A stretch of DNA of 64,000 nucleotides from an uncultured Patescibacteria group bacterium (GCA_938030745.1 CALHIP010000007.1:13180-77179), one strand, 5' to 3'; counted from the stretch's first letter, positions 49,007 to 59,965 are shown. Notes: generated by a model from the sequence alone, not told the origin. Numbers and translations are program-made.

Positions 49007-50189
49007 AAAATTTGAAAAAATAGCAAAAATTTTAAATTTATCAGAAAAGGTTAAAAAAAGAATTATTGAACCAGAAAATATTTTAGATTTTAAAATCGAA
49101 TTAAATGGCAAAATTTTTCCTGCTTGGCGAGTTCAACATAATTCTTTACTTGGTCCTTACAAAGGTGGAATTAGATTTCATCCCAAAACAAATTTAGAAG
49201 AGATTAAAGCTCTGGCAATGATTATGACTTTTAAAACTGCTTTAATGGACTTACCTTTTGGTGGCGGTAAGGGAGGAGTTAGAATTAATCCAAAAGAATA
49301 TTCTGAAGAAGAATTAGAAAAGATTTCAAGAGATTATGTTCGGTTTATCTATCAAAATATTGGTGAAAACAAAGATATTCCTGCTCCAGATATGGGAACA
49401 AATGAAAAAATAATGGAAATAATGCTTAATGAATATGAAAAATTAACTGGAAAAAAATCACCAGCTACTTTTACTGGAAAACCAATTGAAAAAGGAGGAA
49501 TAGTTTTAAGAAAAGAAGCAACTGGTTTAGGTGGAGCAATTATAACAGAGGAAATAGTAAAAAAACTTAATTGGCAAGCAAAAAAAACAAAAATTGCTAT
49601 TCAAGGTTTTGGTAATGTTGGGAGTTACGCTGCTTTATACCTTTTTGAAAAAGGTTTTAAAATTATTGCTATTTCTGATTCATTATCTGGCATTTTTAAT
49701 CCAGAGGGTATCAATATAAAAGAAGCAATTGAATATAAAAAAGCAATAAAATATTTAAAAGGATTTCCAGGAACTGAAGAAATTACTAACCAACAATTAC
49801 TTTCTTTAAAGACAGATATTTTGATTCCAGCTGCTACAGAAAATGTTATTACCAAAAACAATGCTAAAAATATTAAAGCAAAAATTATTATTGAGCTAGC
49901 TAATGGCCCAATTACAGAAGCTGGCGAAAAAATATTATTAAAAAATAAAAAAATTATTCTTCCCGATATTTTAGCTAATGCTGGTGGAGTAACTGTCTCT
50001 TATTTTGAATGGCAACAAAATAAAGAAAATAAAATCTGGAGTAAAGAAAAAGTCTTCCAAGAACTTGATAAAAAAATGAAAAATATTTTTAATAAAGTTT
50101 GGCAAACTTCTCTTGAAGAAAAAATAGATTTAAGAACAACTGCTTATCTTTTAGCAGTAAAAAAATTAGTAGAAAAAATAAAATTTTAA
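48987..50189 (+). CDS. gdhA: Glutamate dehydrogenase (Glu/Leu/Phe/Val family)
   Basis: GPYKGGIRFH, GGGKGG, PAPD, QGFGNVG, NAGGVTVSYFEW. Confidence 0.92.
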   Translation: MLKDIIKKFEKIAKILNLSEKVKKRIIEPENILDFKIELNGKIFPAWRVQHNSLLGPYKGGIRFHPKTNLEEIKALAMIMTFKTALMDLPFGGGKGGVRINPKEYSEEELEKISRDYVRFIYQNIGENKDIPAPDMGTNEKIMEIMLNEYEKLTGKKSPATFTGKPIEKGGIVLRKEATGLGGAIITEEIVKKLNWQAKKTKIAIQGFGNVGSYAALYLFEKGFKIIAISDSLSGIFNPEGINIKEAIEYKKAIKYLKGFPGTEEITNQQLLSLKTDILIPAATENVITKNNAKNIKAKIIIELANGPITEAGEKILLKNKKIILPDILANAGGVTVSYFEWQQNKENKIWSKEKVFQELDKKMKNIFNKVWQTSLEEKIDLRTTAYLLAVKKLVEKIKF

Positions 50190-50195
50190 TTCAAT

Positions 50196-50232
50196 ACAAA
50201 ATCCCGATCCCAATAAAGAATCGGGATTTTGT
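50196..50232. terminator. Bidirectional terminator between convergent gdhA and hup
   Basis: ACAAAATCCCGAT-N11-ATCGGGATTTTGT. Confidence 0.8.
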
Positions 50233-50266
50233 TATCCAAAATAGGCTTAGTAAATAGAAATAATTC

Positions 50267-50542
50267 TTACTTTAATGCGTCCTTAAGGGCTTTACCAGGT
50301 TTAAATTTTGGTCTTTTCATTGAAGGAATCTGGATTTTTTCTCCAGTTTTTGGATTAACACCACTTCGAGCAGCCCTTGTTTTAACTGAAAAAGTACCAA
50401 AGCCAGCAATTGCCACTTCCTCACCTGCCTTTAAAGCCTCGGTAACAATATCAATAAAAGCATCTAAATATCTGGCTGCTTCAGCTTTAGAAGAACCACC
50501 AGCCTTTTCCATTAATTTTTGAATTAATTCTGCTTTGTTCAT
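50267..50542 (-). CDS. hup: DNA-binding protein HU
   Basis: MNKAELI, GFGTF, RAARSGVNPKTGE, PKFKPGK. Confidence 0.97.
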   Translation of the reverse strand: MNKAELIQKLMEKAGGSSKAEAARYLDAFIDIVTEALKAGEEVAIAGFGTFSVKTRAARSGVNPKTGEKIQIPSMKRPKFKPGKALKDALK

Positions 50543-50589
50543 AATTTTTGCTCAAATTTTGGCTTAAAATCGACCTTTTTAAATGGTAT

Positions 50590-50639
50590 TGTGGATAATT
50601 TAGCAAAATAAAGGAAAAAGTCAAGGTGTATGTGGATAA
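50590..50639 (-). promoter_or_regulatory. hup promoter bracketed by two DnaA boxes
   Basis: Minus strand TTATCCACA-6-TTGACT-16-TAAATT, overlapping a second TTATCCACA. Confidence 0.75.
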
Positions 50640-51079
50640 ATGACGCGACGAAAAATAATTTTTTCTGGACCAAATTTCTTTCGAGCAGAAATTTTGATTA
50701 AATTAAGGCCGGAAACAAGGGAGATGGTTTCTTCAAATGAATTCTGATTAAGAGGAATAATCTGGTCATTGATTGCTACAGTTACTCCTTTATTAACCTT
50801 TCCTCTGATAGTAATTGTTTTTTCCTGACTAATAAAATTGTCTTGAGGAAAATAAATAATAATTTCAGGAGGAGAAAAAAGATTTTTAATTCCTAAAAAT
50901 AAATAAAATAGAACAAAAAAGATAATTAGCCAAAGCCATAGATTTTTAAAGAAAATAGAATTTATTTTATTTTCTTTAATGATTTCTGGACCAAAAAAGA
51001 GTCTCGGTTTAAAATTTAAAGATTTTTCTTTTAAAAAAGGTGAAGGTTTTTCTTTAATTTCTCTTTTTTTAAACTCCAT
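50621..51079 (-). CDS. Hypothetical single-TM protein with Ig-like C-terminal domain
   Basis: TM followed by PPEIIIYFP...IRG...F...L..GLN.I.I.A pattern. Confidence 0.65.
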   Translation of the reverse strand: MEFKKREIKEKPSPFLKEKSLNFKPRLFFGPEIIKENKINSIFFKNLWLWLIIFFVLFYLFLGIKNLFSPPEIIIYFPQDNFISQEKTITIRGKVNKGVTVAINDQIIPLNQNSFEETISLVSGLNLIKISARKKFGPEKIIFRRVIYPHTP

Positions 51080-51083
51080 ATTT

Positions 51084-53162
51084 TTAATAATTTATTTTTT
51101 CATCACTCTCTTTTTTTAAAACTCGCCTTGGTCTAGCTCCATCAGCTGGACCAATTGTTCCTTCTTTTTCCAATAGATCCAAAAGCCGAGCTGCTCTTGC
51201 GTAGCCAATTCTTAAATATCTTTGTAATAAAGTGGCTGAAGCTCGACCTGCCTTAATTACAACTTCTCTCGCCTGGGGCAAAAGTTCATCTTCTTCATTA
51301 AAGAATTCTTCTTTTATCTCTTCAGCTGGTTTAAAATTAGTAATTTCCTCTAAATATTCTGGTTCAGCTTTATTTCTTAAAAATTCAACAATTCTTTTTA
51401 TTTCCTCATCAGAAACATAAGCTCCTTGCAAACGTTTTGGCTTTGAAAGTTGAGGTGAGATAAACAACATATCTCCTCGACCTAAAAGTTTTTCTGCTCC
51501 AGAAAAGTCTAAAATTGTTCTTGAATCAATCATTGAAGCAACAGCAAAGGCGATTCGAGAAGTAATATTTGCCTTAATTAAACCAGTAATAATATCAACT
51601 GATGGTCTCTGAGTTGCTAAGATCAAGTGAATACCAGTTGCTCTTGCCATCTGAGCTAATCTAATAATTGAAGACTCAATTTCTTTTGGACTGGCAACCA
51701 TCAAATCAGCTAATTCATCAATAATAATAAGAATATAAGGGATTTTTTCTTTCGCTTGGCTATTATAAGAGCCAATATCTCTTGCTCTATTTTGAGAAAA
51801 AAGATCAAAACGTTTCTCCATTTCTGAAATTGCCCATTTTAAAGCAGAAACTGCTTCCTCAACTTTTGTAATCACCGGACAAAGAAGATGGGGGATATCA
51901 TTATATAAAACTAATTCAACTCTTTTCGGATCAATTAAAATAAATCTTAAATTTTCTGGTGAGTTTTGATAAAGCAAAGAAACAATAATTGAGTTGATCA
52001 TTACTGTTTTACCTGAACCAGTTGCGCCAGAAATTAAAAGATGTGGCATTTTACCTAAATCAGCCAGCCAGATATGGCCAGCTACATCTTTACCTAAAGC
52101 AATTGTTAAATTTGAAGTTCTTTTTTTAAAGACATCTGATTCTAAAATCTCTTTCAATGAAACAATTGCTACTTTTCGATTCGGCACCTCAATTCCAACT
52201 AATGATTTACCAGGAATTGGTGCTTCAATTCTGATTGGATGACTGGCTAAGGCTAAAGCTAAATCATTAGCTAAAGAAGTAATCTGAGAAAGTTTTATTC
52301 CTTCTGCCGGTCTTAAAGTATATTGAGTGATAGTTGGACCAACCTTGACTTCACCCATTTCAACCTCGATACCAAAATTTTCTAAAGTTTTTTTGATAAT
52401 GTATTTTCCTTCCTCAATATCTTTTGGTTCAGCTTTTTTTTCATGATAGAAAAGTAGATCTAAAGGTAGTTCTATTTTTGTTAATGGTTTTAAAATTTTA
52501 AATTTTTTTTCTGGTTTTGCTTCAATAATCCCGTAATTTTTCTCTTCAATTGGTTCTTCTTTAATTTCTTTTCGTTTAAATTCAATCGGCTTTTCTTTCT
52601 TGGCAAAGAATTTCTTTAAAATATTTTTAAAAAAAGCAGTTATTTTTAAAAAAATAAAAGATAGATAAGAAAAAATAAGATTGATTTTGTTTTTTAATGG
52701 CTCTTCTAAAATTAAAAAAAGAGAAAAAATAGCTAAAGCGAGAAGAATCACAAATGTTCCCCAAAAAGCAAAAATTTTTTCTAATGGAAAAGCAATAACT
52801 TTACCTAAATAACCGCCACTTTCTTTTATTTTTTCTAAATTTTTAAACTCTGTTTTTTCAAAAAGACTATAAAAAGAAGAAGAGACAACCAAAATTAAAA
52901 AAAGACCAAAAATTATCCTTTTTCTTCCTTTAGGTGAAATTTCTTTAGTAAAAAAAAGCCAACTGATTAACAATAATAAAAAAGGAAAGCTAAAAGAGAT
53001 TTTGCCAAAAATAATTTTTAAGCCAAAAGCCAAGTAATTACCAGCTAAACCAGCCAAACCAAAAAGAGATAAAAACAAAATAACAGCAATAGCTAAAGAA
53101 AAAATTGCTTTAAACGTCTCCCTTTCTTTTTTAGAAAAAAGATTTTCTTTATTATGAGGCAT
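51084..53162 (-). CDS. ftsK: DNA translocase FtsK/SpoIIIE
   Basis: 4TM domain, PHLLISGATGSGKT, IDELADLM, ATQRPS, gamma domain IGYARAARL. Confidence 0.96.
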   Translation of the reverse strand: MPHNKENLFSKKERETFKAIFSLAIAVILFLSLFGLAGLAGNYLAFGLKIIFGKISFSFPFLLLLISWLFFTKEISPKGRKRIIFGLFLILVVSSSFYSLFEKTEFKNLEKIKESGGYLGKVIAFPLEKIFAFWGTFVILLALAIFSLFLILEEPLKNKINLIFSYLSFIFLKITAFFKNILKKFFAKKEKPIEFKRKEIKEEPIEEKNYGIIEAKPEKKFKILKPLTKIELPLDLLFYHEKKAEPKDIEEGKYIIKKTLENFGIEVEMGEVKVGPTITQYTLRPAEGIKLSQITSLANDLALALASHPIRIEAPIPGKSLVGIEVPNRKVAIVSLKEILESDVFKKRTSNLTIALGKDVAGHIWLADLGKMPHLLISGATGSGKTVMINSIIVSLLYQNSPENLRFILIDPKRVELVLYNDIPHLLCPVITKVEEAVSALKWAISEMEKRFDLFSQNRARDIGSYNSQAKEKIPYILIIIDELADLMVASPKEIESSIIRLAQMARATGIHLILATQRPSVDIITGLIKANITSRIAFAVASMIDSRTILDFSGAEKLLGRGDMLFISPQLSKPKRLQGAYVSDEEIKRIVEFLRNKAEPEYLEEITNFKPAEEIKEEFFNEEDELLPQAREVVIKAGRASATLLQRYLRIGYARAARLLDLLEKEGTIGPADGARPRRVLKKESDEKINY

Positions 53163-53244
53163 ATTTATTTATTTTAACAAATTATTCAAAAATAAGGAAG
53201 TTTGAAATAATTTAGATTTTTTTAAAAAATGGTAAAATAAAAAT

Positions 53245-54792
53245 ATGCCAGAACAATTTAATTCTAAAGAAATAAAAGATTTTGTTTTACCAAAAGAAAT
53301 TTTAGAAATTGATGAAAAATTAAAAAAAGCGGGTTTTGAAAGTTATTTAGTTGGAGGTTGTGTCAGAGATTTGATTTTGAAGAAAAAGCCAAAAGATTGG
53401 GATTTTACAACAAACGCTAAACCAGAAGAAATTCAAAAAATTTTTGAAAAAAGTTTTTATGATAATAAATTTGGTACAGTTAGTGTTTTAACTGGAAGCA
53501 AAGATGAGAGTTTAAAGACAGTTGAAATTACTCCTTATCGTTTGGAAGGAAAATATACCGATAAAAGACATCCGGATGAAATTAAATTTGCTACTAAAAT
53601 AGAAGACGATTTAAAAAGAAGAGATTTTACAATAAATGCGATAGCACTGGAAATAAAATCCAAAATTCCAATCACTAAATCTCAAACAAAATCTAAATTC
53701 ATTTTAGTTGATCTGTTTAATGGACAAAAAGATTTGAAAAAGAAAATTATTCGGGCGGTTGGTGAACCAAATGAACGATTTCAGGAAGATGCCTTACGAT
53801 TAATGAGAGCAGTGCGTTTGGCTACGGAGCTTGATTTTGAAATTGAAAAAAAGACTAAAAGAGCCATTAAAGAAAATGCTTGGTTAATTAAAATGATTGC
53901 TAAAGAGAGGATTCGTGATGAATTTATAAAAATTTTAGAAAGCAAAAATCCAAAAAGAGGGGTTGAAATGTTAGAAGAGTTAGGGCTTCTGCATTTCATT
54001 ATTCCAGAACTTCGAGAAGGAATTGGTGTAACTCAAAACTGGGCTCATCTTTATAATGTTTGGGAGCATCAGTTACGTGCTTTACAAGCAGCTGCTGATT
54101 GTAATTTTAGTTTAGAAGTACGCTTGGCTGCTTTGTTTCATGACATTGGCAAACCTTATGTTAAAAAAGGTGAAGGACCAGATGCAACCTTTTATAATCA
54201 TGATATTGTTGGTGCTGAGGCAACAAAAAAAATTCTTACTCGGCTTAGATTTCCAAAAAAGATAATAAATGAAGTAGTAATGTTAGTTAGAAACCATATG
54301 TTTAATTCCGATCCAGAGAAGTTAACTGCTCATGGAGCAAGACGACTTTGGCGAAGAGTAGCTAATGGCCGGGAAATTAATCAAGAGGTAAGAAGAGAGA
54401 TGCAAGATTTAATCAATTTAAGGATTGCTGATCGGATGGGTATGGAAAAAAAGCCGAGACCATTTCGTTTAAGAGCAATTGAGGCACTTTTAGAAAAAGT
54501 TTCCCGTGATCCTATCTCAGAAAAAATGTTAGCCATTAATGGTTATGAAATTATGGAAATTTTAAAGATCGAACCAGGGCCAAAGATTGGCGCTTTATTA
54601 AAAATTCTTCTTGCTGAGATTTTGGAAGATCCTAAAAAAAATAAAAAAGAATATCTTAAAAAAAGAGTGGAAGAATTATCTGGACTTTCCGATGAAAGTT
54701 TACAAGAACTAAAAAAATCCGCTCAATATCGGATCGAAAAGGAGATAGAAAAAGAAGAAGAGGAGATTAAAGCAAAATATTTTATAAAATGA
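53245..54792 (+). CDS. cca: CCA tRNA nucleotidyltransferase with HD domain
   Basis: VGGCVRD, DWD, RRDFTINA, EDALRLMRAVR, HDIGK; all six tRNA genes in the window lack encoded CCA. Confidence 0.88.
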   Translation: MPEQFNSKEIKDFVLPKEILEIDEKLKKAGFESYLVGGCVRDLILKKKPKDWDFTTNAKPEEIQKIFEKSFYDNKFGTVSVLTGSKDESLKTVEITPYRLEGKYTDKRHPDEIKFATKIEDDLKRRDFTINAIALEIKSKIPITKSQTKSKFILVDLFNGQKDLKKKIIRAVGEPNERFQEDALRLMRAVRLATELDFEIEKKTKRAIKENAWLIKMIAKERIRDEFIKILESKNPKRGVEMLEELGLLHFIIPELREGIGVTQNWAHLYNVWEHQLRALQAAADCNFSLEVRLAALFHDIGKPYVKKGEGPDATFYNHDIVGAEATKKILTRLRFPKKIINEVVMLVRNHMFNSDPEKLTAHGARRLWRRVANGREINQEVRREMQDLINLRIADRMGMEKKPRPFRLRAIEALLEKVSRDPISEKMLAINGYEIMEILKIEPGPKIGALLKILLAEILEDPKKNKKEYLKKRVEELSGLSDESLQELKKSAQYRIEKEIEKEEEEIKAKYFIK

Positions 54793-54856
54793 ATCAAATT
54801 TTTGCCATTTTTAAAAATTTTGCTTATTTGATAGATTTGATGCGGGTTTTAAACCC

Positions 54857-55774
54857 CTATTTTTCGGTGACTGTCACCATCGATCGGAGGGCTTTTATCC
54901 TTTCTTCAACCGGTGGATGAGTAGAAAATAATTTGGTAAACCAATCAATTGCTTGTTTTCCTTTGAATGGATTAGCAATATATAAGTGAGCAGTAGCATT
55001 TGAAGCGACAGAAAGAGGTGTTTGGTCATTGGAAATTTTCTCTAAAGCCCGTGCTAGTCCTTCTGGATACCGAGTCAGCATTGCTCCACAAGCATCAGCT
55101 AAAAATTCTCTTTTTCGAGAGATAGCTAAACGAATCAAAGTAGCAGCAATTGGAGCTAAGATTGCTGCTAAGATTGCTAAAAAAAATAAAATTAGGTTAA
55201 GATAACCTTCTTGTCGCCCTCGTCTCATTCGAAAACCTCGCCAGAAACTCATTCTTAAAAACAGATTAGAAAGAAGAGCAATAGTTCCAGCTAAGACAAC
55301 AATAATTGTTTGCAAAAGCATATCACGATTACCAATATGAGATAATTCATGGGCAATTACTCCTTCTAATTCAACTTTTTCTAATTTTTCTAAAAGACCA
55401 CAAGTGACAGCAATAACTGCATGATTTTTATCTCGACCAGTAGCAAAAGCATTTGGTGCTTTTTCATCAATGATATAAATTTTTGGCAAAGGTAAACCAG
55501 CAGTAATGCATAAATTTTCAACAAGACGATAAAGCTGAGGCGCATCTTCTTTTTTTATTTCTTTTGCTCGAGAAATAGCTAAAACAATTTTATCAGAAAA
55601 CCAGTAAGATAAAAAATTCATTAAAAAACTAAAAATAATAGCAAAAATTAAAATCTCTTGGGAGTCAAAAATATGAGCAAAAAGCCAGCCTAAAGCAATA
55701 ATGAAAATAAAAAATAAACCCATTAGAAACCAAGTTTTTCGCAAATTACTGCCAATATGAGTATAAATGGTCAT
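54857..55774 (-). CDS. htpX: Zinc metalloprotease HtpX (M48)
   Basis: PNAFATG, HELSH, REFLAD, THPP. Confidence 0.94.
   Translation of the reverse strand: MTIYTHIGSNLRKTWFLMGLFFIFIIALGWLFAHIFDSQEILIFAIIFSFLMNFLSYWFSDKIVLAISRAKEIKKEDAPQLYRLVENLCITAGLPLPKIYIIDEKAPNAFATGRDKNHAVIAVTCGLLEKLEKVELEGVIAHELSHIGNRDMLLQTIIVVLAGTIALLSNLFLRMSFWRGFRMRRGRQEGYLNLILFFLAILAAILAPIAATLIRLAISRKREFLADACGAMLTRYPEGLARALEKISNDQTPLSVASNATAHLYIANPFKGKQAIDWFTKLFSTHPPVEERIKALRSMVTVTEK
54861..54878 (-). repeat. Palindromic repeat GGTGACAGTCACCGAAAA, copy 2
   Basis: Encodes the HtpX C-terminus VTVTEK. Confidence 0.85.
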
Positions 55775-55782
55775 ATTAATTT

Positions 55783-56334
55783 TTAAAATGAAACTTTAAT
55801 CGGTTCTTTTTTTTCTTCCATCTCGAAAAATTCGCGTGGTTTAAATTTTAACCAGTGAGCAACTAAATTGTTAGGAAAGATCTGAATTTTAATGTTAAAA
55901 TCGCGGACATTCGCATTATAAAATCTGCGAGCTGCTTGGATCTTATCCTCTGTATCAGTTAATTCCCTCTGGAGTTCTAAAAAATTTTGACTTGCTTTTA
56001 AATCTGGATAATTTTCGGCAACAGCAAAAAGAGTTTTTAAAGTTGAGGATAAAAAATTTTCCGCTTCAGCATGTTCTTTCATTGTTTTTGCACCAATCGC
56101 TTTTGCTCTGGCTTCAGCTATTTTTTCAAATAATTGCCGTTCATGACTAGCGTATCCTTTAACAATCTCAACTAAATTAGGGATCAAATCATGTCTTCTT
56201 TTTAATTGAACTTCAATATCTGCCCAGGCTTCATCAACTCGATTCTTTGAGGTAACTAAAGAATTAAAAATACCGATTAACCAAAGGATAAAAAAGATAA
56301 TGATGCCAATAATAATCAAAGCAAAAGTAGGCAT
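55783..56334 (-). CDS. lemA: LemA family protein
   Basis: QLKRRHDLIPNLV, ENYPDLKA, ARRFYN, FPNN. Confidence 0.95.
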   Translation of the reverse strand: MPTFALIIIGIIIFFILWLIGIFNSLVTSKNRVDEAWADIEVQLKRRHDLIPNLVEIVKGYASHERQLFEKIAEARAKAIGAKTMKEHAEAENFLSSTLKTLFAVAENYPDLKASQNFLELQRELTDTEDKIQAARRFYNANVRDFNIKIQIFPNNLVAHWLKFKPREFFEMEEKKEPIKVSF

Positions 56335-56338
56335 AAAA

Positions 56339-59300
56339 TTATTTTAAATTTTTTTTATTTTTAGTAAAACCAGTTCCAACTGGGATTAATCGACCGATAA
56401 TCACATTTTCTTTTAAACCATAAAGGCGATCTGGCCTTCCAGTCACTGCTGCATTGATTAAAACTCGAGCAGTTTCTTGGAAGGAAGCAGCTGAAAGAAA
56501 ACTATCAGTTGAAAGAGAGACTCGCGAAATTCCTAATAAAAGTTCTTTAGCTTCAGCCGGCTTTCCTCCTTTTTCAATTGTTTCTTTATTAACCTCTTCA
56601 AGATAAGCTTTTGGAATAATTTCACCTGGTTGTAAATCAGTGTCTCCACTTTCAGTGACCGAACATCTGGAAAACATCTGACGAATAATAATTTCAATAT
56701 GTTTTTCATTTACTTTCTGGCCTTGTGAAGAATAGATGTATTGTATTTCTTTTAAAATATATTTTTGTGTTGCCTCCTTTCCTTTTAATCGATAATATTC
56801 ATAAAGATCAAAATCGCCATCAGTTAAAGGATCGCCTGGAGAAACTTTATCTTTTTCTTTTACCCAGATAAGATAATTTGGTGGAATAATAATTTCCTCT
56901 TTTTCTTCTTTTCCGTCAACAAAATATTTTAAAGTAATTTTCTTTTGAATTTCTCCCTCTATTTTTTCAATAATCCCTTCTCTTTGAGAAAGAATTGCCC
57001 TTCTTTTTGGTGGTCGAGCCTCAAAAAGTTCTTCAACTCTTGGTAATCCTTGAGTAATATCTCGGCCGGCTATTCCACCAGTATGGAATGTTCGAAGAGT
57101 TAATTGAGTTCCAGGTTCACCAATTGCTTGAGCAGCAATAATACCAACTGCGGTTCCTAATTCAACCGGTCGATTATAAGACAAATCATAACCATAACAT
57201 TTAACGCAAACACCTCTTAGTGTTTGACAAGTTAAAACAGATCTAATCTTTACCTCTTTGATCCCTGCTTTTTCTATTTCTTGGGCTTCTTGTCGGCCAA
57301 TAAAATCTCCTTTCTTGACAATAATTTTTTTAGTTTTAGGATGACGAATATCTTCTAAAGCAACCCTACCAAAAATTCGGGAAGCCAAAGTTTCTCCCAT
57401 TTCTTCTACTTCTTCTTTTAAAATAACAATACCCCTTTTGTCACCACAATCTTCTTCTCTAACTGTAACATCTTGAGCAACATCAATCATTCTTCTGGTT
57501 AAATAACCAGCTGAGGCAGTTCTTAAGGCGGTATCAGCCACACCTTTTCTTGTTCCGTGAGTAGAAATAAAATATTCAAAAACATTAAATCCTTCTTGGA
57601 AACTACTCTTTATTGGTACTTCAATAACCTTTCCTGTTGGCGAGGAGACTAATCCTTTCATCCCAGCCATTTGGATAAGCTGGGTCCAAGAACCTCGAGC
57701 TCCTGATTCAATCATTGAAATAATTGGTCCAAAAGAAGAAGTTTTGCTTCTGCAGAGTTCACCAATTTCATCACGAACCTTAGTCCAGACTTCTAAAACT
57801 TTAAGATATCTTTCATCTTCTGTTAGAAGTCCATAATTAAATTCTTTTTGTATTTTTTCTATTTCTTCTTCAGCTTTCTTTAAAATTTCTTTCTTTTCTT
57901 TAAGGACTGGTAGATCATCAAAACTCCAAGAAAGTCCAGCTCGCGTAAGATATTTTAAGCATACTTCTTTAAGATTATCAAGCATTTCTACTGTTTTTTC
58001 TTCACCAAATGTCTCTAAAAATTTAGTAATAATTTCTTTTAATATTTTTTTATCAACTGGTTTATCAATTTGATAAAAATCTTTTGGAAAAAGTTCAGAA
58101 AAAATAAGACGACCAACACTTGTTTCTAAAAATTTTCCATTCTTTCTTACTTTTATTTTCTCTTGAAGGGAAATTTTTTCGTTTTCATAAGCCAAGATTG
58201 CTTCTTCAGGAGAAGAAAAAACTTTGATTTTTTCTTTTTCTTTAATCAATGTTAACCAATAAGCACCCCAGACAATATCTTGGGTTGGTGTAACAATTGG
58301 TTCACCAGTAGCTGGCTTTAAAAGATTTTTAGATGAAAGCATTATTTCTTTAGCCTCTTTTTGAGCCATTTCTGTTAAAGGTAAATGAACAGCCATCGCA
58401 TCTCCATCAAAATCAGCATTGAAGGCTGGACAGACAAAAGGGTGGATTTGAATTGCTTTTCCCTCGATTAAAACTGGCTTGAAAGCTTGAATCCCTAAAC
58501 GATGAAGGGTTGGTGCTCGATTTAAAAGAACATATGAATTAGAACTTATTTCTTCTAAAATATCCCAAACCTCTTTTGGTCCTGCTTCAACTAACCGGGA
58601 GGCACTTCGGACATTATGGGAAAGATTTCTTTTAATTATTTCTCGAATGATAAAAGGTTTAAAAAGTTCAAGAGCCATGACTTTCGGTAAGCCACATTGA
58701 TAAAGTTTTAATTCAGGTCCTACCACAATCACTGATCGTCCAGAGTAGTCAACTCTTTTACCTAAAAGATTTTGTCTGAATCTACCTTGTTTTCCACGTA
58801 AAATATCAGCTAAGGATTTCAAAGGTCTTTTTTGGGCACCAGTTGTTACTGCTTTACCACGTTTCATTTCATTATCAATTAAAGCATCAACTGCTTCTTG
58901 AAGCATTCTTTTTTCATTTCGACAAATTACTTCTGGTGCCTGAAGTTCTATTAATCTTTTTAATCGATTGTTTCGATTAATAATCCTTCGATATAAATCG
59001 TTTAAATCAGAGGAAGCAAATCTTTCTCCATCCAATTGAACCATTGGTCGAAGATCCGGTGGAATAACTGGTAAGACACGAAGAACCATCCATTCTGGTT
59101 TTATTTTTTGATTAATTAAATTTTTTACTAATTTTGCTCTTAAGGTAATTTTTTTCTGTCGAGCAGGATTTTTTGTTTTTTCTTTTTCTTTTTGGAGTTC
59201 AAGGTATAATTTCCTTAAATCTAAATTTTGCAAAAGTGTGAGAATTGCTTCAGCTCCAATTTGTGCTTCAAAAAAATATCCATATTTTAAAGAAAGGGAA

Positions 59301-59965
59301 AGATATTCTCTTTCAGAAAGAATTCTTTTTAATCTTATTTCCTCAATTTCTCTTTTCTTGGCAAAATATTTTTCTTGAAGATCTTTTAATTCTTTTTCAA
59401 GTTTTTCTTTTTCTTTTATTTCCTTCTTTAAAAGATTTCTTTTCTTTTTATATTCATCTTCAAGATTTTCAAGAGTGCTTTTTTTAATTTCTTCATTAAC
59501 TGAGGTAATAATAAAATTAGCAAAATAAACAACTTTCTCTAAGTTTTGAACTGAAAGATCTAAAAGAAGTCCTATTTTCGAAGGAACTCCTCTTAAAAAC
59601 CATATATGAACAACTGGTGCAGCTAAACTGATATGCCCCATCCTTTCTCTTCTGACTCGAGAAGTAGTAACTTCGACACCACAACGATCACAAATTATTC
59701 CTCTGTATCTGATTTTTTTATATTTTCCACAAGCACATTCATAATCTTTAACTGGGCCGAAAATTTTTTCACAGAAAAGCCCATCTCTTTCTGGTTTTTG
59801 GGTTCGATAATTAATTGTTTCTGGTTTAGTTACTTCGCCATGGCTCCAAGAAAGAATTTCTTCTGGCGAGGCTAATTTTAATCTAATTGCTTTAAAGAAA
59901 GAAATGCCTCCCCTTTCTTTTTCTTGATTTAAATCTAATGTTCGAGTAAAAACTGGTGCTGGCAT
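56339..59965 (-). CDS. rpoC: RNA polymerase beta' subunit
   Basis: KPETINYRT, GKRVDYSGRSVI, NADFDGD, GEPGTQLT. Confidence 0.99.
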   Translation of the reverse strand: MPAPVFTRTLDLNQEKERGGISFFKAIRLKLASPEEILSWSHGEVTKPETINYRTQKPERDGLFCEKIFGPVKDYECACGKYKKIRYRGIICDRCGVEVTTSRVRRERMGHISLAAPVVHIWFLRGVPSKIGLLLDLSVQNLEKVVYFANFIITSVNEEIKKSTLENLEDEYKKKRNLLKKEIKEKEKLEKELKDLQEKYFAKKREIEEIRLKRILSEREYLSLSLKYGYFFEAQIGAEAILTLLQNLDLRKLYLELQKEKEKTKNPARQKKITLRAKLVKNLINQKIKPEWMVLRVLPVIPPDLRPMVQLDGERFASSDLNDLYRRIINRNNRLKRLIELQAPEVICRNEKRMLQEAVDALIDNEMKRGKAVTTGAQKRPLKSLADILRGKQGRFRQNLLGKRVDYSGRSVIVVGPELKLYQCGLPKVMALELFKPFIIREIIKRNLSHNVRSASRLVEAGPKEVWDILEEISSNSYVLLNRAPTLHRLGIQAFKPVLIEGKAIQIHPFVCPAFNADFDGDAMAVHLPLTEMAQKEAKEIMLSSKNLLKPATGEPIVTPTQDIVWGAYWLTLIKEKEKIKVFSSPEEAILAYENEKISLQEKIKVRKNGKFLETSVGRLIFSELFPKDFYQIDKPVDKKILKEIITKFLETFGEEKTVEMLDNLKEVCLKYLTRAGLSWSFDDLPVLKEKKEILKKAEEEIEKIQKEFNYGLLTEDERYLKVLEVWTKVRDEIGELCRSKTSSFGPIISMIESGARGSWTQLIQMAGMKGLVSSPTGKVIEVPIKSSFQEGFNVFEYFISTHGTRKGVADTALRTASAGYLTRRMIDVAQDVTVREEDCGDKRGIVILKEEVEEMGETLASRIFGRVALEDIRHPKTKKIIVKKGDFIGRQEAQEIEKAGIKEVKIRSVLTCQTLRGVCVKCYGYDLSYNRPVELGTAVGIIAAQAIGEPGTQLTLRTFHTGGIAGRDITQGLPRVEELFEARPPKRRAILSQREGIIEKIEGEIQKKITLKYFVDGKEEKEEIIIPPNYLIWVKEKDKVSPGDPLTDGDFDLYEYYRLKGKEATQKYILKEIQYIYSSQGQKVNEKHIEIIIRQMFSRCSVTESGDTDLQPGEIIPKAYLEEVNKETIEKGGKPAEAKELLLGISRVSLSTDSFLSAASFQETARVLINAAVTGRPDRLYGLKENVIIGRLIPVGTGFTKNKKNLK

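Noticed and set aside
50229-50522. 97-aa plus ORF and similar short antisense ORFs throughout the track
   Set aside because: Antisense to well-supported genes such as hup, with no independent signals.
51050-52590. Similar peptides EFKKREIKEKP (ORF 51079) and EFKRKEIKEEP (FtsK linker)
   Set aside because: Short and low-complexity in a K/E-rich proteome; cannot be distinguished from chance.
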